Positions 36,714 to 45,681 of a stretch of DNA of 55,069 nucleotides are shown piece after piece. The stretch is from contig CAIRYL010000168.1 in the NCBI GenBank assembly GCA_903882825.1, positions 1 through 55,069 of the forward strand. Reading direction: 5' to 3'. The notes under the pieces were generated by a model, which searched no databases, had not been told where the DNA came from, and was given only the letters and a program-made list of their open reading frames with translations. How positions within the stretch are numbered: the stretch's first letter is position 1; each line of letters begins with the position of its first letter. Both the position numbers and the translations under genes were made by a program. Source of the stretch: an uncultured Candidatus Peregrinibacteria bacterium (lineage in GTDB: Bacteria; Patescibacteriota; Gracilibacteria; CAIRYL01).

Positions 36714-37451
36714 TTAATAATTACACCGTTTCTCCATTCTAGATACATTATTATCAGTAAAGTTATTAAAACCTAGTGCTCCATATGTATTACTCCAAGC
36801 GTTATATCCATACTTTCTTTTATCAACACTCCGAATGCCCCACATTAAAAACGTACCATCAGCATTCCATGTTAAAAACCTTCCAAAATATTTCTTACTT
36901 ATACCTGTGGGATATGTCATGAGTTCAAATGAATTTGTTGCTTGTTCTACACCGAACCAAGCCTTATTTGCACCACCACTAATACTTGTCATATAGGCGC
37001 GATACTCACAATGTTCTATATCATAATCAGCCTGATCTGTAAGAGGAACATTTTCCCAAATAGGATTCTCAGCTTTAAAACATTTCAGTCCATCTTTGTC
37101 ACAATATTCCACAGCGCCCACTTTTCCTTCTACATCTAATTTTAATCCAGGACTCAAATTGTTGGTACCTACTCCCACATTTCCGCTCGTATCAGTATGC
37201 ACACTACGGGTTCGGTTATGTAAATCTATAATGTCATTTGCCATATTATTTAAGCTAGCAGAAGTAAGGAGTTGCCCCGAAACAGCTTCCGTTGGTGGAT
37301 ATGGAAGATTTGAAACTCCTCCTGTATTTTGTACGGCAGTAAGTGCCGCAAATCCAACACCTCCTACCAGTACAATGGCTATCCCCAAAAGAGCTCCAAA
37401 TCCTAAATGGGATATACGAGATAAAAAATTAAGAAAAAATGAGGATTTCAT
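36714..37451 (-). CDS. Membrane-anchored/secreted hypothetical protein with a tail-fibre-like Gly-rich segment
   Basis: N-terminal TM (LGFGALLGIAIVLVGGVGFAAL). The segment GNVGVGTNNLSPGLKLDVEGKVGA resembles repeats seen in fibre or collar proteins. The C-terminal domain is Cys-containing and rich in Asn/Tyr/Trp. Confidence 0.55.
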   Translation of the reverse strand: MKSSFFLNFLSRISHLGFGALLGIAIVLVGGVGFAALTAVQNTGGVSNLPYPPTEAVSGQLLTSASLNNMANDIIDLHNRTRSVHTDTSGNVGVGTNNLSPGLKLDVEGKVGAVEYCDKDGLKCFKAENPIWENVPLTDQADYDIEHCEYRAYMTSISGGANKAWFGVEQATNSFELMTYPTGISKKYFGRFLTWNADGTFLMWGIRSVDKRKYGYNAWSNTYGALGFNNFTDNNVSRMEKRCNY

Positions 37452-37648
37452 AAAAAAAACGGAAAAAGTTTGTGTATAACAGCGGGTATTGTACTAAAAA
37501 ATACACGTATAATCAATATATTTTCACACAGAGCAGAACGAAAGGATTTTTTTAATAGTGTTTTAAAAAATGAAGATTTATAAAAAATAATAAAAACATT
37601 TTTAAGTATGGTATACTACAGCATGAAAGGTTTTTTTATCCCTTTTAT

Positions 37649-40600
37649 ATGTTTTTCCCACGTTTTGTAGCTCTTACGAGTGCGTTTTTTTTAATTTTTG
37701 GAAGCGTCATTCCTATTTTTGCACTTTCTCTAGAACCTGTTGCAGAAAATACTTCCACGGTTTCGCCTTCTTTTCCACCAGAACTTCAAAAAGAAATAGA
37801 TATTGTACAACCAATAGTGGAAGAAGTGCAAAAAATAGAAGAGAAATATGACAGCTATTCTTCTGTTCCTGCCGGAACAATTTTAAGTACGATGATTTCA
37901 TTAAAACTGAAACAGTGGGGTCAAAAATATCCAGATATTTCTCGAGAATCTTTTATAAATGCAATTGATCCTTCAAAAAAAACAGGTACTGGAAAAGATG
38001 GTACTTTTTTGGAAAGTTCGCGAGATTGGGAACAAGAAAATTTTTTAGAATCAACGGTTTCTCATTCTCAACTTTTGTATGATTGGAACGAAGGATTAGG
38101 AGAAATAAGTACTCTTTTTTCAGGTGACAATACTCCGCTCTCTGGAAATGAAATGGATATTATAACGGGAAAAAGGGCAATGGAAGAGAGCCTACAAACA
38201 GGATCTATTGGATCCACTCGCCCTGGAGAAGCCAACCCTGAAAATCAAACGGTGTATATTAAAGATATTCCAGCGGTGGAAACAAAATCTCATAATTATG
38301 ATCAACTCATACAACAAGAAAATTTAGCAGAAAAAATAAAAGTTCCAGAAATTATGAAACTGGTTCCCGCGGATATGATGGTGGTTCATTTTGCCGATAA
38401 AACAAAATTTGATTCGTTTTTAAAAGGTATAAATGCTCTTTCTGAACCTTTGCAAAAAGTAATGGGGAAAGATTCTTCTGTGCAGGCGAAAGAAGTAATT
38501 TTAAAACGACTCGGTATTACAGATGAATTTGATGTAGCAGAAGAGTTTGCTTTTGTGGCGGAAGATCTTGATTTTGTGCATCGTAATGATTTTGCTCTTA
38601 TTGTAAAATTTAAAAATAAAAGTACGGATATTATTGCAAAAATGATGCAAACAGGAGAAAACCGGTTTGGCACGGTTGGCGACTATTTTGTGTTTGCCAC
38701 CAGCCAAGATATGATGGACTGTATCACGATGGTTTTTACAAAAGAGGCACCTCTTTCTGTAAGTCGGAAAGCCTATGAATTAGGGCATCATAAAAATATA
38801 GAGGAAGCAACTCGATCACTGGCAGATGAAAAAGATTTTCACTATGCGTTAGGAGTATTAGACCCTCGAAAAGATGGGATTATTTATTTTTCAGATGCTT
38901 TTATCCGAAAACTTACGAGCCCCGAATATCGTTTAAATGCTCGTAGAAAAAATGGGATTATGCAGGAAGTTATCAAACTTCAGTACGAAGTTTTTGCGTA
39001 TAGAGGACTGGAAGGAGTATGGCCGAAAAATTTTAAAGAAATGGCAGACAAAAAATATGAAACTTCCACAACACTGGATGAATCGTTCCGTATTTCAGAT
39101 CAAGGTATTGTATCGCATATTGTTTGGGGAAGCCTTGCAGAACCAACTCCAATAAATCATGTACAGATCGATTTGGTTACGAAAGATGAAGAAGCGTTGT
39201 ATACCCGTTTTAGAAATGGTTACCAAAACTTTTTTCGAGAATTTTTTGATCCCATTGGGATTGCTATTTTGGTGGGAGACCGAATTTCTTTCCATACTAT
39301 TATTCTCCCACTCATAGATAATTCAGAATATAACTGGGTAAAAGCTATTTTTGGAGGGAATGGAAAAGAAGAATTTCGATTTCTTTCGCATGCAGATTTG
39401 TATACAGGAATTGCTTCGTTTCTGGTAACCAAATGGAGTTTAGACGATGCATTAGCAAAAATAGGGCAAATGGAAATAGGAGGGAGAAGTTGGCAATGGC
39501 AAATAAGAGATGATATCGAATTGTACTCTTCTGAAAAAAACACACTTCCTAACACTCTGGAAGATTTGAATACTTGGTCGAAGACCAATCCTGAACGGAG
39601 ACAATATTTGGAAGAATACTTTAAAGAGACGGGACTCGATTATAAAATAGATTTTAAATACGAAGTGTATGAGGGGAAAACAAAAGGATCGCGACAATGC
39701 TGGAGAGTCACCAATCTCCTTACTGGGGAATCCACAGGGAATATTAATGAGGATGAATGTTCAGGCACAGTACTCCCCGAAATTACGCCTCGCCCAATGA
39801 ATGATGAGCTTCAGCAAAAATATATAAATACCGCAGAAAAATGGATAAAAGAGGAGTTTACACTTCCCGAAAATGAACGAGTTTTTGATTTTTTTGGGAA
39901 AGAGATGATGGTAGGGATTATGGATAATTTTTCTGTTTCAACCAGTAATTTTTCAAATATTCATGGATTTTTAGCGTTTGAAATTCAGAATGTCCCTAAA
40001 ATGAAAAAATTTATGGAAATAGTCTACAACAAGGTTTTTTCATCAGAAATGAAAAATAGTGATATTGGGCAAGGTTTGAGCATGTTGGGGATTGGAGGAA
40101 AACCACTTTCAAAAGATATGAATGGGAAAGAAGTATTTATTATTCCTCTTCGTTGGCTCGATTTTTACTATTTTTTTACCGATGATCGTTTTTATATTAC
40201 GCCTTCTCGGCAAGTAGCAGAAAAAATTACATTGGCAATAAGCCAAAAAAATCCTGAACAAACCTCATTTTCTCCTCCTCTCCCCCGAATTCTTGATTAT
40301 ACCTCCAATACGGGAAATTTGTTGCTGGCATTTGATCTTGAAAAATTTTATACAGGAATAAATAATGAAAAAGCTCTGTATGAAGATTTTTCTGAATATA
40401 CACTTCGGAATGAATTTCAACAAAAAGCTTCTTATGTAGAAGAATCTTTTATATTAGCAAAAATTTTAAATTCCGATGTCCCAAATTTAGAAGCTGTAAA
40501 ACCTTATTATTCTCATATCCCAACTCATTTTTATACACTCCCATTTGTTATTGCAGAGAAGAAAATTGCGATAAAAGGACCACTCGGAGATATTCCTCTC

Positions 40601-41008
40601 GAAAAAATAGACAGTAAATATTCTTATATTGCCCTTCCTGATAATCGAGAAGACGGGAAAATAACGATTAAAAAACTCCTCGAGGGTGTAAATCTTGAGA
40701 ATCCTTTTAAAATAATTTCTGAAACAGTAAAAAGCGGAGGCGTATCGTTTGCGTTTACTCCGCATGGGGTAGATATTCGAACTGCTGTGTATAACCCTGC
40801 GTGGGCAGAGAAAGATGATGTGCGCTTTGGAGTGATACATACCGTGACCGATGAAATGATTTCAAATCTTACTTATAAATTGTTTTTTATTGGATGTGGG
40901 ATATTTCTTTTCCTGGGAGTTTTGTTCATTATTTTAAAAAAGCATAAAGAAACCCCAAATATTCCGGATACTCTTTCAGAAAATTCATCTCAAAATATTT
41001 CCCAATAA
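37649..41008 (+). CDS. Very large (1119 aa) hypothetical surface protein with an N-terminal signal/TM and a C-terminal TM anchor
   Basis: N-terminal FVALTSAFFLIFGSVIPIFA and C-terminal LFFIGCGIFLFLGVLFIILKK. No catalytic motif recognised. Confidence 0.6.
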   Translation: MFFPRFVALTSAFFLIFGSVIPIFALSLEPVAENTSTVSPSFPPELQKEIDIVQPIVEEVQKIEEKYDSYSSVPAGTILSTMISLKLKQWGQKYPDISRESFINAIDPSKKTGTGKDGTFLESSRDWEQENFLESTVSHSQLLYDWNEGLGEISTLFSGDNTPLSGNEMDIITGKRAMEESLQTGSIGSTRPGEANPENQTVYIKDIPAVETKSHNYDQLIQQENLAEKIKVPEIMKLVPADMMVVHFADKTKFDSFLKGINALSEPLQKVMGKDSSVQAKEVILKRLGITDEFDVAEEFAFVAEDLDFVHRNDFALIVKFKNKSTDIIAKMMQTGENRFGTVGDYFVFATSQDMMDCITMVFTKEAPLSVSRKAYELGHHKNIEEATRSLADEKDFHYALGVLDPRKDGIIYFSDAFIRKLTSPEYRLNARRKNGIMQEVIKLQYEVFAYRGLEGVWPKNFKEMADKKYETSTTLDESFRISDQGIVSHIVWGSLAEPTPINHVQIDLVTKDEEALYTRFRNGYQNFFREFFDPIGIAILVGDRISFHTIILPLIDNSEYNWVKAIFGGNGKEEFRFLSHADLYTGIASFLVTKWSLDDALAKIGQMEIGGRSWQWQIRDDIELYSSEKNTLPNTLEDLNTWSKTNPERRQYLEEYFKETGLDYKIDFKYEVYEGKTKGSRQCWRVTNLLTGESTGNINEDECSGTVLPEITPRPMNDELQQKYINTAEKWIKEEFTLPENERVFDFFGKEMMVGIMDNFSVSTSNFSNIHGFLAFEIQNVPKMKKFMEIVYNKVFSSEMKNSDIGQGLSMLGIGGKPLSKDMNGKEVFIIPLRWLDFYYFFTDDRFYITPSRQVAEKITLAISQKNPEQTSFSPPLPRILDYTSNTGNLLLAFDLEKFYTGINNEKALYEDFSEYTLRNEFQQKASYVEESFILAKILNSDVPNLEAVKPYYSHIPTHFYTLPFVIAEKKIAIKGPLGDIPLEKIDSKYSYIALPDNREDGKITIKKLLEGVNLENPFKIISETVKSGGVSFAFTPHGVDIRTAVYNPAWAEKDDVRFGVIHTVTDEMISNLTYKLFFIGCGIFLFLGVLFIILKKHKETPNIPDTLSENSSQNISQ

Positions 41009-41009
41009 T

Positions 41010-41654
41010 ATGGGTATAACCACTATCGTGCACGAATCTTCTGAACCTCTTATAGATCTCAAAATTTTTAAGATTTTAGGAGAACCTCTATATTTTAAAC
41101 AAGGACTCTCGAGTACCCCAAAAATGTTGGTGCGCAAAACCGTAGGAGAAAAATTATTAAGAGTCCAATGTGGGCTTCCAAATGGTTTTTCCCTAAAGGT
41201 TTTTGATGCCTTTCGTCCAAAAAAAGTACAAGAGAAACTCTATAAAAAATATTGGGCGGAACTCCAGATGAAAAATCCACAATGGAATGCCAAAAAACTT
41301 GCAGAAGGTACCGAGAAATTTGTTTTTTCTCCATATCTACCAGAAATAATTCCTCCTCATGTAACAGGAGGAGCTGTAGATGTAACACTTATAGATGGAA
41401 CAGGAAATGAACTGGATATGGGAACCGCATTTGACGCTTTTTGTCCAGAATCTGCACCATTTTTTTATGACATTCATGAGAGAAATCCAAAAGTATCTGA
41501 AAATCGAAGAATTTTACGAACCGCCATGGAACAAGAAGGATTTACCCCCAATGATTCTGAATGGTGGCATTTTGACTATGGGAATCACATTTGGGCATTA
41601 AAAAGTGGAGCGTTGCAGACATTGTACGGAGAATATGTGGAGAGATTTCAGTAA
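41010..41654 (+). CDS. ddpX: D-alanyl-D-alanine dipeptidase (VanX/DdpX, peptidase M15D)
   Basis: VFDAFRPKKVQ, PPHVTGGAVDVTL (Zn ligands) and WWHFDYG. It starts 1 nt after the stop of the 1119-aa gene and has no signal peptide. Confidence 0.8.
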   Translation: MGITTIVHESSEPLIDLKIFKILGEPLYFKQGLSSTPKMLVRKTVGEKLLRVQCGLPNGFSLKVFDAFRPKKVQEKLYKKYWAELQMKNPQWNAKKLAEGTEKFVFSPYLPEIIPPHVTGGAVDVTLIDGTGNELDMGTAFDAFCPESAPFFYDIHERNPKVSENRRILRTAMEQEGFTPNDSEWWHFDYGNHIWALKSGALQTLYGEYVERFQ

Positions 41655-41708
41655 AAGTATTCATTTATTTTTTTGTTTTTTTAACTCTCTTTCTCGTCTC
41701 TTTTTCTT

Positions 41709-41738
41709 TTGTTCTTTTTTCTTTTTCCCCTTTATAAT
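41709..41738 (+). promoter_or_regulatory. Putative promoter for dnaJ inside a pyrimidine-rich tract
   Basis: TTGTTC (41709-41714), an 18-nt spacer, then TATAAT (41733-41738), ending 30 nt upstream of the ATG. Confidence 0.35.
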
Positions 41739-41767
41739 GGTTTTCGCTCATTTTTGTTTTTTTTATT

Positions 41768-42895
41768 ATGAAAAATTTGTACGAAGCGTTAGGAATTGAA
41801 AAAGGGGCATCTGAAATGGAAATTAAACGTGCCTATAGGAAGTTAGCGTCTAAATACCATCCAGATGTAAATAAAGATGCCAGTGCGTTAGAAAAATTTA
41901 AAGAGATTCAACAAGCGTACGAAGTTCTTTCTGATCCCAAAAAACGGTCACAATATGACCAATTTGGGAGTGTCGGTGGACCAGAAGGATTTGGGTCGGG
42001 AGGATTTGAAGGTTTTAGTGGGTTTGGAGGTGGACAATCGGGTTTTGAAGATATTTTTGAAACTTTTTTTGGAGGAGGGGGAGGACCATTTGGAGCCACA
42101 AATGCACGACAAAAAAATCGTCCTCAAAAAGGAGAAGATATTCAAACCTATGTCGATATTTCTTTTTCAGAAAGCGTAACGGGTGTGAAAAAAGAAATAG
42201 AAGTAAATACGTTTGAATCGTGTGAAAAATGTGAAGGAAAGGGAATCTCAAAAGGATCATCATATAAAACATGTGCTACTTGCCATGGTGCTGGAAGTGT
42301 TACCAGACAACAACGGACGCCATTTGGAATTATTCAAACCTCTGCAGTGTGTTCTAATTGTAATGGAGAAGGACAAATCCCTGAAAATCCTTGTACATCT
42401 TGTGGGGGGAAAGGTCGGAAACAAAAAAGAAAAAATATTACGGTTCATATCCCCGCAGGCGTTTTTCATGAAGCGCTTTTACGAATTTCTGGAAAAGGAG
42501 CGGTAGGAGAAAAAGGGGCACCTCCAGGAGATCTTCTGATTCGCATTCACGTGGCACAATCTCGTGAATTTACACGGGAAGGGGATGATATTCATACCAC
42601 TCTGCATCTCCATTATTTGCAGGCTATTTTAGGCGCAGAAATAAAAATAAAAACAGTATTGGGGGAAGAGACTATTCGTATTCCTGCAGGAACACCAAAT
42701 GGGAAAATTCTGCGTTTAAAAAATAAAGGAATGCCCAAAGTGAACAGTTCTAGCACTGGAGATCATCTGTTACATATTGTGGTAGATATTCCAGAAAAAC
42801 TGTCGAGTACAGAAGAAAAAACACTGCGCAAACTTTCTGAGGATTTAAAAATTCCAGTACAAGAAGAGGAAGGGTTTTTTGGGAAGATTTTTTAA
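41768..42895 (+). CDS. dnaJ: Molecular chaperone DnaJ
   Basis: J domain ([31 protein letters not shown]), a G/F-rich linker, and four CxxCxGxG zinc-finger repeats. Confidence 0.93.
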   Translation: MKNLYEALGIEKGASEMEIKRAYRKLASKYHPDVNKDASALEKFKEIQQAYEVLSDPKKRSQYDQFGSVGGPEGFGSGGFEGFSGFGGGQSGFEDIFETFFGGGGGPFGATNARQKNRPQKGEDIQTYVDISFSESVTGVKKEIEVNTFESCEKCEGKGISKGSSYKTCATCHGAGSVTRQQRTPFGIIQTSAVCSNCNGEGQIPENPCTSCGGKGRKQKRKNITVHIPAGVFHEALLRISGKGAVGEKGAPPGDLLIRIHVAQSREFTREGDDIHTTLHLHYLQAILGAEIKIKTVLGEETIRIPAGTPNGKILRLKNKGMPKVNSSSTGDHLLHIVVDIPEKLSSTEEKTLRKLSEDLKIPVQEEEGFFGKIF

Positions 42896-42899
42896 AACT

Positions 42900-43541
42900 T
42901 TAGACTATTCTCATGGCTCCTAAAATTTCACTGAGGAGTATTTCTACCTCTTCGGCTATGTGTTGAGGGTTTTTAAAAGAAATAAGTTTTCCAGGTGGAC
43001 AAAAAACCGCGGATTGTTTTGCGATTCGTTCATCATCTTTATTGGCTATAAACCGAAAACTTCGTGAGGAAAGAATTTGGAATTCTTTCTCCATTGTTGA
43101 AAGAAAATCTTCATCTCCAAATCCACGAGGGCGAATGCAATACAACACTGAAATATCAGGATGCACAATATTTAAAAGTTTTTCCATTTCTCCTTTTGTA
43201 TCTACTCCCAGTTCTAGTACTAATACTTCCGGGAATTCTTTTTGAAAAAATGCCTTTTTAAATGCCGAAAGAAGAATGGTATACCACTCAGAAAGACTAC
43301 TTTTCCCACTTGGTTCATCTAAAATGGCAAGAGGAAGACCAATTTCTGTATTAAACCCGCGGGAATTTTCCCGGATACGAAGAGTATTGGATTCTAAAAG
43401 TTTGGCAGTAATAGCTTCTCGAATTTCTGTTTTTCCTTCTGTTCCTGCAATAGCAATAATGCGTGGAGAAAATCGCCAAAGAATTATTTTTGCGAGGTAC
43501 TTCAGGAGAACACCGACCAGACATTTCAGAAAAGATTTCAT
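42900..43541 (-). CDS. Short Mur-ligase-family protein (MurF-like central domain only, atypical P-loop)
   Basis: IIAIAGTEGKTE sits where Mur ligases have GTNGKTT. NTEIGLPLAIL, VLELGVDTKGEM and HPDISVL parallel the MurF central domain. At 213 aa it has no C-terminal domain. Confidence 0.55.
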   Translation of the reverse strand: MKSFLKCLVGVLLKYLAKIILWRFSPRIIAIAGTEGKTEIREAITAKLLESNTLRIRENSRGFNTEIGLPLAILDEPSGKSSLSEWYTILLSAFKKAFFQKEFPEVLVLELGVDTKGEMEKLLNIVHPDISVLYCIRPRGFGDEDFLSTMEKEFQILSSRSFRFIANKDDERIAKQSAVFCPPGKLISFKNPQHIAEEVEILLSEILGAMRIV

Positions 43542-43580
43542 GGAGAAAAAGCGATGAAGAGAGGTTTTTAAAAATGATGC

Positions 43581-44417
43581 TTAAAAATTTTCACACTGAC
43601 TTCCTCTACAGACCTTTTTTTTGAGTAATACATTTTTATCGTAGTAATATTCATACTCTGCGGTTACATTTCCTACTTTTCCAGAAAGAGTAATAACACC
43701 ACCTCTTCTTTTCCCAAAATTATCGGGACAAGCTTCTTGGCAAAGACCATCTAACAAATACGCATCTGAAATATTTTTACTCTCAAATTCATACTTTATC
43801 ATATGAAATTCTGTTTTTTTATCCGATTGTGCGCCTAAAAAAACAGCCATTTTCCCATCACTCGAAGCACACACTCTAGAAAAATCTGATGCTTTTAGTG
43901 GTCTATTGAGTTCTTGGAAAGAAATATTTTTTGATTCTAATGCTTTTGTAAACTCGGCATACCATCCCTTTGCAGTGGCATTTCCAATGGGTCCACAGAC
44001 ATCAAAAGGGAATTCTTTTTGAGGAACGGAAGCGAGTGATTCTCGTACAATTTTTGAAGTGGGAGAGAGAATTCCTGATTCCGTATTAGAAGCATCTTGG
44101 TTTTTTACAAGAGCTTCAAATCTATTTTTTTGAATTTGGCAATCTCGTAATTCGGTTTGCGCTACTCGTACCGCTTCGGTGAGATTATTTTTTTCTGCGA
44201 GAACCGCTTCACAACTTTGCGGAGCACCAGAAATAAGAGGGGAAACTGAAGGGCTGGGGCTTACCCCTTCTGCTCCTGGGCTTTGAATTGCAGGAGTGAT
44301 AATAGGAGCAGGAGTCGCAACGGCAGATGGAGATGGAATTGTTTGTGGAATTTCTATTTCTCCACATCCAGCAAAAAATAAAAGACAACCAGAAAGAAGA
44401 AAAAGGGAGGGTTTCAT
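43581..44417 (-). CDS. Lipoprotein, hypothetical
   Basis: Signal peptide with the lipobox LFFAGC, a Pro/Ser/Ala-rich linker, and a Cys-containing globular domain. Confidence 0.6.
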   Translation of the reverse strand: MKPSLFLLSGCLLFFAGCGEIEIPQTIPSPSAVATPAPIITPAIQSPGAEGVSPSPSVSPLISGAPQSCEAVLAEKNNLTEAVRVAQTELRDCQIQKNRFEALVKNQDASNTESGILSPTSKIVRESLASVPQKEFPFDVCGPIGNATAKGWYAEFTKALESKNISFQELNRPLKASDFSRVCASSDGKMAVFLGAQSDKKTEFHMIKYEFESKNISDAYLLDGLCQEACPDNFGKRRGGVITLSGKVGNVTAEYEYYYDKNVLLKKKVCRGSQCENF

Positions 44418-45628
44418 GAAGAAAGAGTAAAATGACGAAAAAAGAGATTCATACGCTCAAAGGCTTCTTGAAGGTCTTTTTCACTTCTGCCAAAAGAAAT
44501 ACGAACATGACCTTCTCCTGTTGGTCCAAATGCTACCCCTGGTACTAACGCAACGCTAGTTTTTTCCAAAAGTTCCATACAAAAGTCTTGAGAATTAATA
44601 ATTTTTTCACTTTTTGATACTAATTTTGGAAAAACAAAATACGAAGCATTTGGCTTCACATAGGAAAAAACATCAGGAAGAGTATTTAAAAAAGTAGTGG
44701 TCATTTTTAGTCGTCGAATATATGCAGTTTTAAATTCTTGAATAGACTTTTTTCCTTCCTCAGAAAATGCACCAATGGCGGCATATTGAGAAACAACAGG
44801 GGCACAAGTGACCATTGAATCATGAATTTTTAAAATTTCTGTAATATTTTTCGCACTCGAATGAACAAATCCCACTCTCCACCCCGTCATGGCAAAGGCT
44901 TTTGAAAAAGAAAAAACACGAATAACCCGATCTTTTAATTCTGGGATACTCGCCAATGCGAAAATTTCTTCATTGGTATATACAAAATCTTTGTACACTT
45001 CGTCAGAAAGAAGAAAAAGATCATGTTTTTTTGCCATATCGGCGAGAAGAAGAAGATCCTCTTTCTTAAAAATGGTTCCCGTAGGATTAGAAGGATTACA
45101 ATAAAAAATAACGCGTGTTCGTGGAGTAATTCGTTTTTCAAATTCTTCTACTTTTACGCTCCAACCTCCTTCTTCATCTAATGGTACAAAAACAGGAACT
45201 CCATGAGCGAGTTTAATGGCTTGCGCATACGAAGCATATACAGGAGAAGGGATGAGTACTTCATCTCCAGGATTAAGAATAGCGAGAAGAGAGGCGGTAA
45301 TACCTTCAATGGATCCACACGTCACAATAATTTCTGATTGATAATGATAGTGCATTCCTTCTTTTCTCAATTCTTCTGCAACGATTTCTCGAAGTTCTGG
45401 AAGCCCATTGGTAAGAGAATATTTTGCAGATTTCCCACTCATAATGGCATCTATTGCCACTTTTTTAATATATTCTGGCGTATCAAAACTCGGAATTCCT
45501 TGTGCCAGTGAAACTACTTTGGAATGCTTTGAAGCTTCCAACTCCATGAGTTTAATAGGCGAAACGGTCATTTTTCCCGTACGAAAAACACTCATAAAAA
45601 TAGGGGAAATCATGAAAAACGGTAGCAC
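44414..45628 (-). CDS. Pyridoxal-phosphate-dependent aminotransferase, class I/II (aspartate aminotransferase-like)
   Basis: LAQGIPSFDTP, NPSNPTG and SFSKAFAMTGWRVG (PLP lysine). The exact start is uncertain because there are several Met codons in the first 20. Confidence 0.85.
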   Translation of the reverse strand: MLPFFMISPIFMSVFRTGKMTVSPIKLMELEASKHSKVVSLAQGIPSFDTPEYIKKVAIDAIMSGKSAKYSLTNGLPELREIVAEELRKEGMHYHYQSEIIVTCGSIEGITASLLAILNPGDEVLIPSPVYASYAQAIKLAHGVPVFVPLDEEGGWSVKVEEFEKRITPRTRVIFYCNPSNPTGTIFKKEDLLLLADMAKKHDLFLLSDEVYKDFVYTNEEIFALASIPELKDRVIRVFSFSKAFAMTGWRVGFVHSSAKNITEILKIHDSMVTCAPVVSQYAAIGAFSEEGKKSIQEFKTAYIRRLKMTTTFLNTLPDVFSYVKPNASYFVFPKLVSKSEKIINSQDFCMELLEKTSVALVPGVAFGPTGEGHVRISFGRSEKDLQEAFERMNLFFRHFTLSS

Positions 45629-45681
45629 GGGAAATATTCAAGATGCAAGATACAGAAACTGTGCGAAACTCTCATATTTTT

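Noticed and set aside
36280-36860. Possible diversity-generating retroelement. The C-terminus of the 245-aa protein is Asn/Tyr-rich (YGYNAWSNTYGALGFNNFTDNN) and is followed by 440 nt of non-coding DNA that could hold a template repeat.
   Set aside because: Comparing the gene's 3' end by eye with the downstream spacer, I could find no near-identical (A-mismatched) repeat. There is also no reverse transcriptase ORF in the window.
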